Part shown: one piece after another, positions 24,801 to 40,480 of the stretch
Layout of the letters: each line of letters begins with the position of its first letter
Numbering within the stretch: position 1 is the first letter of the stretch
Assembly: GCA_964057225.1 (NCBI GenBank)
Contig: CAXKVF010000082.1
Location: 309,411-373,410 of the forward strand
DNA from: Auanema rhodensis
Lineage: Eukaryota > Animalia > Nematoda
Reading direction: 5' to 3'
Length of the DNA stretch: 64,000 nt
Notes under the pieces: generated by a model
Told to the model about the DNA's origin: nothing
The model's database searches: none
The model's input: the letters and a program-made list of their open reading frames with translations, nothing else
Position numbers and translations under genes: made by a program

Positions 24801-27800
24801 CACGTGAAGCGAGTTACATACCAAGTGCACATCACGTGTACATTTAATTAGCATAAATTAAAGTTCACGTAAATTTCAAAGTCATGGTTACCATGAAGCA
24901 ATATCAATAAAAATTTGTTTTTAGACTAATATGGACATGGGGAATCTAATTTTGAAAACCGCATCTCTTTATCTTTCACGTGAAGCGAGTTACATACCAA
25001 GTGCGCATCACGTGTACATTTAATTAGCATAAATTAAAGTTCACGTAAATTTCAAAGTCATGGTTACCATGAACCAATATCAATAAAAATTTGTTTTGAG
25101 ACTAATATGGACATGGGGAATCTAATTTTGAAAACCGCATCTCTTTATCTTTCACGTGAAGCGAGTTACATACCAAGTGCACATCACGTGTACATTTAAT
25201 TAGCATAAATTAAAGTTCACGTAAATTTCAAAGTCATGGTTACCATGAAGCAATATCAATAAAAATTTGTTTTTAGACTAATATGGACATGGGGAATCTA
25301 ATTTTGAAAACCGCATCTCTTTATCTTTCACGTGAAGCGAGTTACATACCAAGTGCGCATCACGTGTACATTTAATTAGCATAAATTAAAGTTCACGTAA
25401 ATTTCAAAGTCATGGTTACCATGAACCAATATCAATAAAAATTTGTTTTTAGACTAATATGGACATGGGGAATCTAATTTTGAAAACCGCATCTCTTTAT
25501 CTTTCACGAGAAGCGAGTTACATACCAAGTGCACATCACGTGTACATTTAATTAGCATAAATTAAAGTTCACGTAAAATTCAAAGTCATGGTTACCATGC
25601 ACCAATATCAATAAAAATTTGTTTTTAGACTAATATGGACATGGGGAATCTAATTTTGAAAACCGCATCTCTTTATCTTTCACGTGAAGCGAGTTACATA
25701 CCAAGTGCACATCACGTGTACATTTAATTAGCATAAATTAAAGTTCACGTAAATTTCAAAGTCATGGTTACCATGAAGCAATATCAATAAAAATTTGTTT
25801 TTAGACTAATATGGACATGGGGAATCTAATTTTGAAAACCGCATCTCTTTATCTTTCACGTGAAGCGAGTTACATACCAAGTGCGCATCACGTGTACATT
25901 TAATTAGCATAAATTAAAGTTCACGTAAATTTCAAAGTCATGGTTACCATGAACCAATATCAATAAAAATTTGTTTTGAGACTAATATGGACATGGGGAA
26001 TCTAATTTTGAAAACCGCATCTCTTTATCTTTCACGAGAAGCGAGTTACATACCAAGTGCACATCACGTGTACATTTAATTAGCATAAATTAAAGTTCAC
26101 GTAAAATTCAAAGTCATGGTTACCATGCACCAATATCAATAAAAATTTGTTTTTAGACTAATATGGACATGGGGAATCTAATTTTGAAAACCGCATCTCT
26201 TTATCTTTCACGTGAAGCGAGTTACATACCAAGTGCACATCACGTGTACATTTAATTAGCATAAATTAAAGTTCACGTAAATTTCAAAGTCATGGTTACC
26301 ATGAACCAATATCAATAAAAATTTGTTTTTAGACTAATATGGACATGGGGAATCTAATTTTGAAAACCGCATCTCTTTATCTTTCACGAGAAGCGAGTTA
26401 CATACCAAGTGCACATCACGTGTACATTTAATTAGCATAAATTAAAGTTCACGTAAAATTCAAAGTCATGGTTACCATGCACCAATATCAATAAAAATTT
26501 GTTTTTAGACTAATATGGACATGGGGAATCTAATTTTGAAAACCGCATCTCTTTATCTTTCACGTGAAGCGAGTTACATACCAAGTGCACATCACGTGTA
26601 CATTTAATTAGCATAAATTAAAGTTCACGTAAATTTCAAAGTCATGGTTACCATGAAGCAATATCAATAAAAATTTGTTTTTAGACTAATATGGACATGG
26701 GGAATCTAATTTTGAAAACCGCATCTCTTTATCTTTCACGTGAAGCGAGTTACATACCAAGTGCACATCACGTGTACATTTAATTAGCATAAATTAAAGT
26801 TCACGTAAATTTCAAAGTCATGGTTACCATTAACCAATATCAATAAAAATTTGTTTTTAGACTAATATGGACATGGGGAATATAATTTTGAAAACCGCAT
26901 CTCTTTATCTTTCACGTGAAGCGAGTTACATACCAAGTGCACATCACGTGTACATTTAATTAGCATAAATTAAAGTTCACGTAAATTTCAAAGTCATGGT
27001 TACCATGAAGCAATATCAATAAAAATTTGTTTTTAGACTAATATGGACATGGGGAATCTAATTTTGAAAACCGCATCTCTTTATCTTTCACGTGAAGCGA
27101 GTTACATACCAAGTGCACATCACGTGTACATTTAATTAGCATAAATTAAAGTTCACGTAAATTTCAAAGTCATGGTTACCATGAACCAATATCAATAAAA
27201 ATTTGTTTTTAGACTAATATGGACATGGGGAATCTAATTTTGAAAACCGCATCTCTTTATCTTTCACGTGAAGCGAGTTACATACCAAGTGCACATCACG
27301 TGTACATTTAATTAGCATAAATTAAAGTTCACGTAAAATTCAAAGTCATGGTTACCATGCACCAATATCAATGAATATTTGTTTTTAGACTAATATGGAC
27401 ATGGGGAATCTAATTTTGAAAACCGCATCTCTTTATCTTTCACGTGAAGCGAGTTACATACCAAGTGCACATCACGTGTACATTTAATTAGCATAAATTA
27501 AAGTTCACGTAAATTTCAAAGTCATGGTTACCATGAACCAATATCAATAAAAATTTGTTTTTAGACTAATATGAACATGGGGAATCTAATTTTGGAAACC
27601 GCATCTCTTTATCTTTCACGTGAAGCGAGTTACATACCAAGTGCACATCACGTGTACATTTAATTAGCATAAATTAAAGTTCACGTAAATTTCAAAGTCA
27701 TGGTTACCATGAACCAATATCAATAAAAATTTGTTTTTAGACTAATATGGACATGGGGAATCTAATTTTGAAAACCGCATCTCTTTATCTTTCACGTGAA

Positions 27801-28688
27801 GCGAGTTACATACCAAGTGCACATCTCGTGTACATTTAATTAGCATAAATTAAAGTTCACGTAAATTTCAAAGTCATGGTTACCATGCACCAATATCAAT
27901 AAAAATTTGTTTTTAGACTAATATGGACATGGGGAATCTAATTTTGGAAACCGCATCTCTTTATCTTTCACGTGAAGCGAGTTACATACCAAGTGCACAT
28001 CACGTGTACATTTAATTAGCATAAATTAAAGTTCACGTAAATTTCAAAGTCATGGTTACCATGAACCAATATCAATAAAAATTTGTTTTTAGACTAATAT
28101 GAACATGGGGAATCTAATTTTGGAAACCGCATCTCTTTATCTTTCACGTGAAGCGAGTTACATACCAAGTGCACATCACGTGTACATTTAATTAGCATAA
28201 ATTAAAGTTCACGTAAATTTCAAAGTCATGGTTACCATGAACCAATATCAATAAAAATTTGTTTTTAGACTAATATAGACATGGGGAATCTAATTTTGAA
28301 AACCGCATCTCTTTATCTTTCACGTGAAGCGAGTTACATACCAAGTGCACATCACGTGTACATTTAATTAGCATAAATTAAAGTTCACGTAAATTTCAAA
28401 GTCATGGTTACCATGAAGCAATATCAATAAAAATTTGTTTTTAGACTAATATGGACATGGGGAATCTAATTTTGAAAACCGAATCTCTTTATCTTTCACG
28501 TGAAGCGAGTTACATACCAAGTGCACATCACGTGTACATTTAATTAGCATAAATTAAAGTTCACGTAAATTTCAAAGTCATGGTTACCATTAACCAATAT
28601 CAATAAAAATTTGTTTTTAGACTAATATGGACATGGGGAATATAATTTTGAAAACCGCATCTCTTTATCTTTCACGTGAAGCGAGTTA
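21825..28688. repeat. Large higher-order cassette, copy B (m125-163)
   Basis: Same ordered haplotype series as copy A, with internal whole-monomer gains and losses (about 8 extra monomers around m139-146, one missing near m158). Confidence 0.8.
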
Positions 28689-30272
28689 CATACCAAGTGC
28701 ACATCACGTGTACATTTAATTAGCATAAATTAAAGTTCACGTAAATTTCAAAGTCATGGTTACCATGAAGCAATATCAATAAAAATTTGTTTTTAGACTA
28801 ATATGGACATGGGGAATCTAATTTTGAAAACCGCATCTCTTTATCTTTCACGTGAAGCGAGTTACATACCAAGTGCACATCACGTGTACATTTAATTAGC
28901 ATAAATTAAAGTTCACGTAAATTTCAAAGTCATGGTTACCATGAACCAATATCAATAAAAATTTGTTTTTAGACTAATATGGACATGGGGAATCTAATTT
29001 TGAAAACCGCATCTCTTTATCTTTCACGTGAAGCGAGTTACATACCAAGTGCACATCACGTGTACATTTAATTAGCATAAATTAAAGTTCACGTAAAATT
29101 CAAAGTCATGGTTACCATGCACCAATATCAATAAAAATTTGTTTTTAGACTAATATGGACATGGGGAATCTAATTTTGAAAACCGCATCTCTTTATCTTT
29201 CACGTGAAGCGAGTTACATACCAAGTGCACATCACGTGTACATTTAATTAGCATAAATTAAAGTTCACGTAAATTTCAAAGTCATGGTTACCATGAACCA
29301 ATATCAATAAAAATTTGTTTTTAGACTAATATGAACATGGGGAATCTAATTTTGGAAACCGCATCTCTTTATCTTTCACGTGAAGCGAGTTACATACCAA
29401 GTGCACATCACGTGTACATTTAATTAGCATAAATTAAAGTTCACGTAAATTTCAAAGTCATGGTTACCATGAACCAATATCAATAAAAATTTGTTTTTAG
29501 ACTAATATGGACATGGGGAATCTAATTTTGAAAACCGCATCTTTTTATCTTTCACGAGAAGCGAGTTACATACCAAGTGCACATCACGTGTACATTTAAT
29601 TAGCATAAATTAAAGTTCACGTAAAATTCAAAGTCATGGTTACCATGCACCAATATCAATAAAAATTTGTTTTTAGACTAATATGGACATGGGGAATCTA
29701 ATTTTGAAAACCGCATCTCTTTATCTTTCACGTGAAGCGAGTTACATACCAAGTGCACATCTCGTGTACATTTAATTAGCATAAATTAAAGTTCACGTAA
29801 ATTTCAAAGTCATGGTTACCATGAAGCAATATCAATAAAAATTTGTTTTTAAACTAATATGGACATGGGGAATCTAATTTTGAAAACCGCATCTCTTTAT
29901 CTTTCACGTGAAGCGAGTTACATACCAAGTGCACATCACGTGTACATTTAATTAGCATAAATTAAAGTTCACGTAAATTTCAAAGTCATGGTTACCATGA
30001 AGCAATATCAATAAAAATTTGTTTTTAGACTAATATGGACATGGGGAATCTAATTTTGAAAACCGCATCTCTTTATCTTTCACGTGAAGCGAGTTACATA
30101 CCAAGTGCACATCACGTGTACATTTAATTAGCATAAATTAAAGTTCACGTAAATTTCAAAGTCATGGTTACCATGAACCAATATCAATAAAAATTTGTTT
30201 TTAGACTAATATGGACATGGGGAATCTAATTTTGAAAACCGCATCTCTTTATCTTTCACGTGAAGCGAGTTA

Positions 30273-32384
30273 CATACCAAGTGCACATCACGTGTACATT
30301 TAATTAGCATAAATTAAAGTTCACGTAAATTTCAAAGTCATGGTTACCATGAACCAATATCAATAAAAATTTGTTTTTAGACTAATATGGACATGGGGAA
30401 TCTAATTTTAAAAACCGCATCTCTTTATCTTTCACGTGAAGCGAGTTACATACCAAGTGCACATCATGTGTACATTTAATTAGCATAAATTAAAGTTCAC
30501 GTAAAATTCAAAGTCATGGTTACCATGCACCAATATCAATAAAAATTTGTTTTTAGACTAATATGGACATGGGGAATCTAATTTTGAAAACCGCATCTCT
30601 TCATCTTTCACGTGAAGCGAGTTACATACCAAGTGCACATCACGTGTACATTTAATTAGCATAAATTAAAGTTCACGTAAATTTCAAAGTCATGGTTACC
30701 ATGAAGCAATATCAATAAAAATTTGTTTTTAGACTAATATGGACATGGGGAATCTAATTTTGAAAACCGCATCTCTTTATCTTTCACGTGAAGCGAGTTA
30801 CATACCAAGTGCACATCACGTGTACATTTAATTAGCATAAATTAAAGTTCACGTAAATTTCAAAGTCATGGTTACCATGAACCAATATCAATAAAAATTT
30901 GTTTTTAGACTAATATGGACATGGGGAATCTAATTTTGAAAACCGCATCTCTTTATCTTTCACGTGAAGCGAGTTACATACCAAGTGCACATCACGTGTA
31001 CATTTAATTAGCATAAATTAAAGTTCACGTAAATTTCAAAGTCATGGTTACCATGAAGCAATATCAATAAAAATTTGTTTTTAGACTAATATGGACATGG
31101 GGAATCTAATTTTGAAAACCGCATCTCTTTATCTTTCACGTGAAGCGAGTTACATACCAAGTGCACATCACGTGTACATTTAATTAGCATAAATTAAAGT
31201 TCACGTAAATTTCAAAGTCATGGTTACCATGAACCAATATCAATAAAAATTTGTTTTTAGACTAATATGGACATGGGGAATCTAATTTTGAAAACCGCAT
31301 CTCTTTATCTTTCACGTGAAGCGAGTTACATACCAAGTGCACATCACGTGTACATTTAATTAGCATAAATTAAAGTTCACGTAAATTTCAAAGTCATGGT
31401 TACCATGAACCAATATCAATAAAAATTTGTTTTTAGACTAATATGGACATGGGGAATCTAATTTTAAAAACCGCATCTCTTTATCTTTCACGTGAAGCGA
31501 GTTACATACCAAGTGCACATCATGTGTACATTTAATTAGCATAAATTAAAGTTCACGTAAAATTCAAAGTCATGGTTACCATGCACCAATATCAATAAAA
31601 ATTTGTTTTTAGACTAATATGGACATGGGGAATCTAATTTTGAAAACCGCATCTCTTCATCTTTCACGTGAAGCGAGTTACATACCAAGTGCACATCACG
31701 TGTACATTTAATTAGCATAAATTAAAGTTCACGTAAATTTCAAAGTCATGGTTACCATGAAGCAATATCAATAAAAATTTGTTTTTAGACTAATATGGAC
31801 ATGGGGAATCTAATTTTGAAAACCGCATCTCTTTATCTTTCACGTGAAGCGAGTTACATACCAAGTGCACATCACGTGTACATTTAATTAGCATAAATTA
31901 AAGTTCACGTAAATTTCAAAGTCATGGTTACCATGAACCAATATCAATAAAAATTTGTTTTTAGACTAATATGGACATGGGGAATCTAATTTTGAAAACC
32001 GCATCTCTTTATCTTTCACGTGAAGCGAGTTACATACCAAGTGCACATCACGTGTACATTTAATTAGCATAAATTAAAGTTCACGTAAATTTCAAAGTCA
32101 TGGTTACCATGAAGCAATATCAATAAAAATTTGTTTTTAGACTAATATGGACATGGGGAATCTAATTTTGAAAACCGCATCTCTTTATCTTTCACGTGAA
32201 GCGAGTTACATACCAAGTGCACATCACGTGTACATTTAATTAGCATAAATTAAAGTTCACGTAAATTTCAAAGTCATGGTTACCATGAACCAATATCAAT
32301 AAAAATTTGTTTTTAGACTAATATGGACATGGGGAATCTAATTTTGAAAACCGCATCTCTTTATCTTTCACGTGAAGCGAGTTA
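30273..32384. repeat. Tandem 6-monomer (1056 bp) duplication
   Basis: m173-178 and m179-184 both read: G138A; C19T+T58A+A80C+T154C; C82G; consensus; C82G; consensus. Confidence 0.9.
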
Positions 32385-33792
32385 CATACCAAGTGCACAT
32401 CACGTGTACATTTAATTAGCATAAATTAAAGTTCACGTAAATTTCAAAGTCATGGTTACCATGAAGCAATATCAATAAAAATTTGTTTTTAGACTAATAT
32501 GGACACGGGGAATCTAATTTTGAAAACCGCATCTCTTTATCTTTCACGTGAAGCGAGTTACATACCAAGTGCACATCACGTGTACATTTAATTAGCATAA
32601 ATTAAAGTTCACGTAAATTTCAAAGTCATGGTTACCATGAACCAATATCAATAAAAATTTGTTTTTAGACTAATATGAACATGGGGAATCTAATTTTGGA
32701 AACCGCATCTCTTTATCTTTCACGTGAAGCAAGTTACATACCAAGTGCACATCACGTGTACATTTAATTAGCATAAATTAAAGTTCACGTAAATTTCAAA
32801 GTCATGGTTACCATGAACCAATATCAATAAAAATTTGTTTTTAGACTAATATGGACATGGGGAATCTAATTTTGAAAACCGCATCTCTTTATCTTTCACG
32901 TGAAGCGAGTTACATACCAAGTGCACATCACGTGTACATTTAATTAGCATAAATTAAAGTTCACGTAAATTTCAAAGTCATGGTTACCATGAAGCAATAT
33001 CAATAAAAATTTGTTTTTAGACTAATATGGACACGGGGAATCTAATTTTGAAAACCGCATCTCTTTATCTTTCACGTGAAGCGAGTTACATACCAAGTGC
33101 ACATCACGTGTACATTTAATTAGCATAAATTAAAGTTCACGTAAATTTCAAAGTCATGGTTACCATGAACCAATATCAATAAAAATTTGTTTTTAGACTA
33201 ATATGAACATGGGGAATCTAATTTTGGAAACCGCATCTCTTTATCTTTCACGTGAAGCAAGTTACATACCAAGTGCACATCACGTGTACATTTAATTAGC
33301 ATAAATTAAAGTTCACGTAAATTTCAAAGTCATGGTTACCATGAACCAATATCAATAAAAATTTGTTTTTAGACTAATATGGACATGGGGAATCTAATTT
33401 TGAAAACCGCATCTCTTTATCTTTCACGTGAAGCGAGTTACATACCAAGTGCACATCACGTGTACATTTAATTAGCATAAATTAAAGTTCACGTAAATTT
33501 CAAAGTCATGGTTACCATGAAGCAATATCAATAAAAATTTGTTTTTAGACTAATATGGACACGGGGAATCTAATTTTGAAAACCGCATCTCTTTATCTTT
33601 CACGTGAAGCGAGTTACATACCAAGTGCACATCACGTGTACATTTAATTAGCATAAATTAAAGTTCACGTAAATTTCAAAGTCATGGTTACCATGAACCA
33701 ATATCAATAAAAATTTGTTTTTAGACTAATATGAACATGGGGAATCTAATTTTGGAAACCGCATCTCTTTATCTTTCACGTGAAGCAAGTTA
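32209..33792. repeat. Trimer (528 bp) higher-order repeat, three copies
   Basis: m184-192 is three repeats of: consensus; C82G+T122C; G118A+A139G+G171A. I saw T122C and G171A only here. Confidence 0.9.
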
Positions 33793-34672
33793 CATACCAA
33801 GTGCACATCACGTGTACATTTAATTAGCATAAATTAAAGTTCACGTAAATTTCAAAGTCATGGTTACCATGAAGCAATATCAATAAAAATTTGTTTTTAG
33901 ACTAATATGGACATGGGGAATCTAATTTTGAAAACCGCATCTCTTTATCTTTCACGTGAAGCGAGTTACATACCAAGTGCACATCACGTGTACATTTAAT
34001 TAGCATAAATTAAAGTTCACGTAAATTTCAAAGTCATGGTTACCATGAAGCAATATCAATAAAAATTTGTTTTTAGACTAATATGGACATGGGGAATCTA
34101 ATTTTGAAAACCGCATCTCTTTATCTTTCACGTGAAGCGAGTTACATACCAAGTGCACATCACGTGTACATTTAATTAGCATAAATTAAAGTTCACGTAA
34201 ATTTCAAAGTCATGGTTACCATGAACCAATATCAATAAAAATTTGTTTTTAGACTAATATGGACATGGGGAATCTAATTTTGAAAACCGCATCTCTTTAT
34301 CTTTCACGTGAAGCGAGTTACATACCAAGTGCACATCACGTGTACATTTAATTAGCATAAATTAAAGTTCACGTAAATTTCAAAGTCATGGTTACCATGA
34401 ACCAATATCAATAAAAATTTGTTTTTAGACTAATATGGACATGGGGAATCTAATTTTGAAAACCGCATCTCTTTATCTTTCACGTGAAGCGAGTTACATA
34501 CCAAGTGCACATCACGTGTACATTTAATTACCATAAATTAAAGTTCACGTAAATTTCAAAGTCATTGTTACCATGAAGCAATATCAAAAAAAATTTGTTT
34601 TTAGACTAATATGGACATGGGGAATCTAATTTTGAAAACCGCATCTCTTTATCTTTCACGTGAAGCGAGTTA

Positions 34673-37600
34673 CATACCAATTGCACATCACGTGTACATT
34701 TAATTAGCATAAATTAAAGTTCACGTAAATTTCAAAGTCATGGTTACCATGAACCAATATCAATAAAAATTTGTTTTTAGACTAATATGGACATGGGGAA
34801 TCTAATTTTAAAAACCGCATCTCTTTATCTTTCACGTGAAGCGAGTTACATACCAAGTGCACATCATGTGTACATTTAATTAGCATAAATTAAAGTTCAC
34901 GTAAAATTCAAAGTCATGGTTACCATGCACCAATATCAATAAAAATTTGTTTTTAGACTAATATGGACATGGGGAATCTAATTTTGAAAACCGCATCTCT
35001 TCATCTTTCACGTGAAGCGAGTTACATACCAAGTGCACATCACGTGTACATTTAATTAGCATAAATTAAAGTTCACGTAAATTTCAAAGTCATGGTTACC
35101 ATGAAGCAATATCAATAAAAATTTGTTTTTAGACTAATATGGACATGGGGAATCTTATTTTGAAAACCGCATCTCTTTATCTTTCACGTGAAGCGAGTTA
35201 CATACCAAGTGCACATCACGTGTACATTTAATTAGCATAAATTAAAGTTCACGTAAATTTCAAAGTCATGGTTACCATGAACCAATATCAATAAAAATTT
35301 GTTTTTAGACTAATATGGACATGGGGAATCTAATTTTGAAAACCGCATCTCTTTATCTTTCACGTGAAGCGAGTTACATACCAAGTGCACATCACGTGTA
35401 CATTTAATTAGCATAAATTAAAGTTCACGTAAATTTCAAAGTCATGGTTACCATGAAGCAATATCAATAAAAATTTGTTTTTAGACTAATATGGACATGG
35501 GGAATCTAATTTTGAAAACCGCATCTCTTTATCTTTCACGTGAAGCGAGTTACATACCAAGTGCACATCACGTGTACATTTAATTAGCATAAATTAAAGT
35601 TCACGTAAATTTCAAAGTCATGGTTACCATGAACCAATATCAATAAAAATTTGTTTTTAGACTAATATGAACATGGGGAATCTAATTTTGGAAACCGCAT
35701 CTCTTTATCTTTCACGTGAAGCGAGTTACATACCAAGTGCACATCACGTGTACATTTAATTAGCATAAATTAAAGTTCACGTAAATTTCAAAGTCATGGT
35801 TACCATGAACCAATATCAATAAAAATTTGTTTTTAGACTAATATGGACATGGGGAATCTAATTTTGAAAACCGCATCTCTTTATCTTTCACGTGAAGCGA
35901 GTTACATACCAAGTGCACATCACGTGTACATTTAATTAGCATAAATTAAAGTTCACGTAAATTTCAAAGTCATGGTTACCATGAAGCAATATCAATAAAA
36001 ATTTGTTTTTAGACTAATATGGACATGGGGAATCTAATTTTGAAAACCGCATCTCTTTATCTTTCACGTGAAGCGAGTTACATACCAAGTGCACATCACG
36101 TGTACATTTAATTAGCATAAATTAAAGTTCACGTAAATTTCAAAGTCATGGTTACCATGAACCAATATCAATAAAAATTTGTTTTTAGACTAATATGAAC
36201 ATGGAGAATCTAATTTTGGAAACCGCATCTCTTTATCTTTCACGTGAAGCGAGTTACATACCAAGTGCACATCACGTGTACATTTAATTAGCATAAATTA
36301 AAGTTCACGTAAATTTCAAAGTCATGGTTACCATGAAGCAATATCAATAAAAATTTGTTTTTAGACTAATATGGACATGGGGAATCTAATTTTGAAAACC
36401 GCATCTCTTTATCTTTCACGTGAAGCGAGTTACATACCAAGTGCACATCACGTGTACATTTAATTAGCATAAATTAAAGTTCACGTAAATTTCAAAGTCA
36501 TGGTTACCATGAACCAATATCAATAAAAATTTGTTTTGAGACTAATATGGACATGGGGAATCTAATTTTGAAAACCGCATCTCTTTATCTTTCACGTGAA
36601 GCGAGTTACATACCAAGTGCACATCACGTGTACATTTAATTAGCATAAATTAAAGTTCACGTAAATTTCAAAGTCATGGTTACCATGAAGCAATATCAAT
36701 AAAAATTTGTTTTTAGACTAATATGGACATGGGGAATCTAATTTTGAAAACCGCATCTCTTTATCTTTCACGTGAAGCGAGTTACATACCAAGTGCGCAT
36801 CACGTGTACATTTAATTAGCATAAATTAAAGTTCACGTAAATTTCAAAGTCATGGTTACCATGAACCAATATCAATAAAAATTTGTTTTTAGACTAATAT
36901 GGACATGGGGAATCTAATTTTGAAAACCGCATCTCTTTATCTTTCACGAGAAGCGAGTTACATACCAAGTGCACATCACGTGTACATTTAATTAGCATAA
37001 ATTAAAGTTCACGTAAAATTCAAAGTCATGGTTACCATGCACCAATATCAATAAAAATTTGTTTTTAGACTAATATGGACATGGGGAATCTAATTTTGAA
37101 AACCGCATCTCTTTATCTTTCACGTGAAGCGAGTTACATACCAAGTGCACATCACGTGTACATTTAATTAGCATAAATTAAAGTTCACGTAAATTTCAAA
37201 GTCATGGTTACCATGAAGCAATATCAATAAAAATTTGTTTTTAGACTAATATGGACATGGGGAATCTAATTTTGAAAACCGCATCTCTTTATCTTTCACG
37301 TGAAGCGAGTTACATACCAAGTGCGCATCACGTGTACATTTAATTAGCATAAATTAAAGTTCACGTAAATTTCAAAGTCATGGTTACCATGAACCAATAT
37401 CAATAAAAATTTGTTTTGAGACTAATATGGACATGGGGAATCTAATTTTGAAAACCGCATCTCTTTATCTTTCACGAGAAGCGAGTTACATACCAAGTGC
37501 ACATCACGTGTACATTTAATTAGCATAAATTAAAGTTCACGTAAAATTCAAAGTCATGGTTACCATGCACCAATATCAATAAAAATTTGTTTTTAGACTA

Positions 37601-40304
37601 ATATGGACATGGGGAATCTAATTTTGAAAACCGCATCTCTTTATCTTTCACGTGAAGCGAGTTACATACCAAGTGCGCATCACGTGTACATTTAATTAGC
37701 ATAAATTAAAGTTCACGTAAATTTCAAAGTCATGGTTACCATGAACCAATATCAATAAAAATTTGTTTTGAGACTAATATGGACATGGGGAATCTAATTT
37801 TGAAAACCGCATCTCTTTATCTTTCACGAGAAGCGAGTTACATACCAAGTGCACATCACGTGTACATTTAATTAGCATAAATTAAAGTTCACGTAAAATT
37901 CAAAGTCATGGTTACCATGCACCAATATCAATAAAAATTTGTTTTTAGACTAATATGGACATGGGGAATCTAATTTTGAAAACCGCATCTCTTTATCTTT
38001 CACGTGAAGCGAGTTACATACCAAGTGCACATCACGTGTACATTTAATTAGCATAAATTAAAGTTCACGTAAATTTCAAAGTCATGGTTACCATGAAGCA
38101 ATATCAATAAAAATTTGTTTTTAGACTAATATGGACATGGGGAATCTAATTTTGAAAACCGCATCTCTTTATCTTTCACGTGAAGCGAGTTACATACCAA
38201 GTGCACATCACGTGTACATTTAATTAGCATAAATTAAAGTTCACGTAAATTTCAAAGTCATGGTTACCATTAACCAATATCAATAAAAATTTGTTTTTAG
38301 ACTAATATGGACATGGGGAATATAATTTTGAAAACCGCATCTCTTTATCTTTCACGTGAAGCGAGTTACATACCAAGTGCACATCACGTGTACATTTAAT
38401 TAGCATAAATTAAAGTTCACGTAAATTTCAAAGTCATGGTTACCATGAAGCAATATCAATAAAAATTTGTTTTTAGACTAATATGGACATGGGGAATCTA
38501 ATTTTGAAAACCGCATCTCTTTATCTTTCACGTGAAGCGAGTTACATACCAAGTGCACATCACGTGTACATTTAATTAGCATAAATTAAAGTTCACGTAA
38601 ATTTCAAAGTCATGGTTACCATGAACCAATATCAATAAAAATTTGTTTTTAGACTAATATGGACATGGGGAATCTAATTTTGAAAACCGCATCTCTTTAT
38701 CTTTCACGTGAAGCGAGTTACATACCAAGTGCACATCACGTGTACATTTAATTAGCATAAATTAAAGTTCACGTAAAATTCAAAGTCATGGTTACCATGC
38801 ACCAATATCAATAAAAATTTGTTTTTAGACTAATATGGACATGGGGAATCTAATTTTGAAAACCGCATCTCTTTATCTTTCACGTGAAGCGAGTTACATA
38901 CCAAGTGCACATCACGTGTACATTTAATTAGCATAAATTAAAGTTCACGTAAATTTCAAAGTCATGGTTACCATGAACCAATATCAATAAAAATTTGTTT
39001 TTAGACTAATATGAACATGGGGAATCTAATTTTGGAAACCGCATCTCTTTATCTTTCACGTGAAGCGAGTTACATACCAAGTGCACATCACGTGTACATT
39101 TAATTAGCATAAATTAAAGTTCACGTAAATTTCAAAGTCATGGTTACCATGAACCAATATCAATAAAAATTTGTTTTTAGACTAATATGGACATGGGGAA
39201 TCTAATTTTGAAAACCGCATCTCTTTATCTTTCACGAGAAGCGAGTTACATACCAAGTGCACATCACGTGTACATTTAATTAGCATAAATTAAAGTTCAC
39301 GTAAAATTCAAAGTCATGGTTACCATGCACCAATATCAATAAAAATTTGTTTTTAGACTAATATGGACATGGGGAATCTAATTTTGAAAACCGCATCTCT
39401 TTATCTTTCACGTGAAGCGAGTTACATACCAAGTGCACATCTCGTGTACATTTAATTAGCATAAATTAAAGTTCACGTAAATTTCAAAGTCATGGTTACC
39501 ATGCACCAATATCAATAAAAATTTGTTTTTAGACTAATATGGACATGGGGAATCTAATTTTGGAAACCGCATCTCTTTATCTTTCACGTGAAGCGAGTTA
39601 CATACCAAGTGCACATCACGTGTACATTTAATTAGCATAAATTAAAGTTCACGTAAATTTCAAAGTCATGGTTACCATGAACCAATATCAATAAAAATTT
39701 GTTTTTAGACTAATATGAACATGGGGAATCTAATTTTGGAAACCGCATCTCTTTATCTTTCACGTGAAGCGAGTTACATACCAAGTGCACATCACGTGTA
39801 CATTTAATTAGCATAAATTAAAGTTCACGTAAATTTCAAAGTCATGGTTACCATGAACCAATATCAATAAAAATTTGTTTTTAGACTAATATAGACATGG
39901 GGAATCTAATTTTGAAAACCGCATCTCTTTATCTTTCACGTGAAGCGAGTTACATACCAAGTGCACATCACGTGTACATTTAATTAGCATAAATTAAAGT
40001 TCACGTAAATTTCAAAGTCATGGTTACCATGAAGCAATATCAATAAAAATTTGTTTTTAGACTAATATGGACATGGGGAATCTAATTTTGAAAACCGCAT
40101 CTCTTTATCTTTCACGTGAAGCGAGTTACATACCAAGTGCACATCACGTGTACATTTAATTAGCATAAATTAAAGTTCACGTAAATTTCAAAGTCATGGT
40201 TACCATTAACCAATATCAATAAAAATTTGTTTTTAGACTAATATGGACATGGGGAATATAATTTTGAAAACCGCATCTCTTTATCTTTCACGTGAAGCGA
40301 GTTA
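34673..40304. repeat. Large higher-order cassette, copy C (m198-229)
   Basis: Same ordered haplotype series as copies A and B, with the marker monomer at 34849. Confidence 0.8.
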
Positions 40305-40480
40305 CATACCAAGTGCACATCACGTGTACATTTAATTAGCATAAATTAAAGTTCACGTAAATTTCAAAGTCATGGTTACCATGAAGCAATATCAATAAAA
40401 ATTTGTTTTTAGACTAATATGGACATGGGGAATCTAATTTTGAAAACCGCATCTCTTTATCTTTCACGTGAAGCGAGTTA

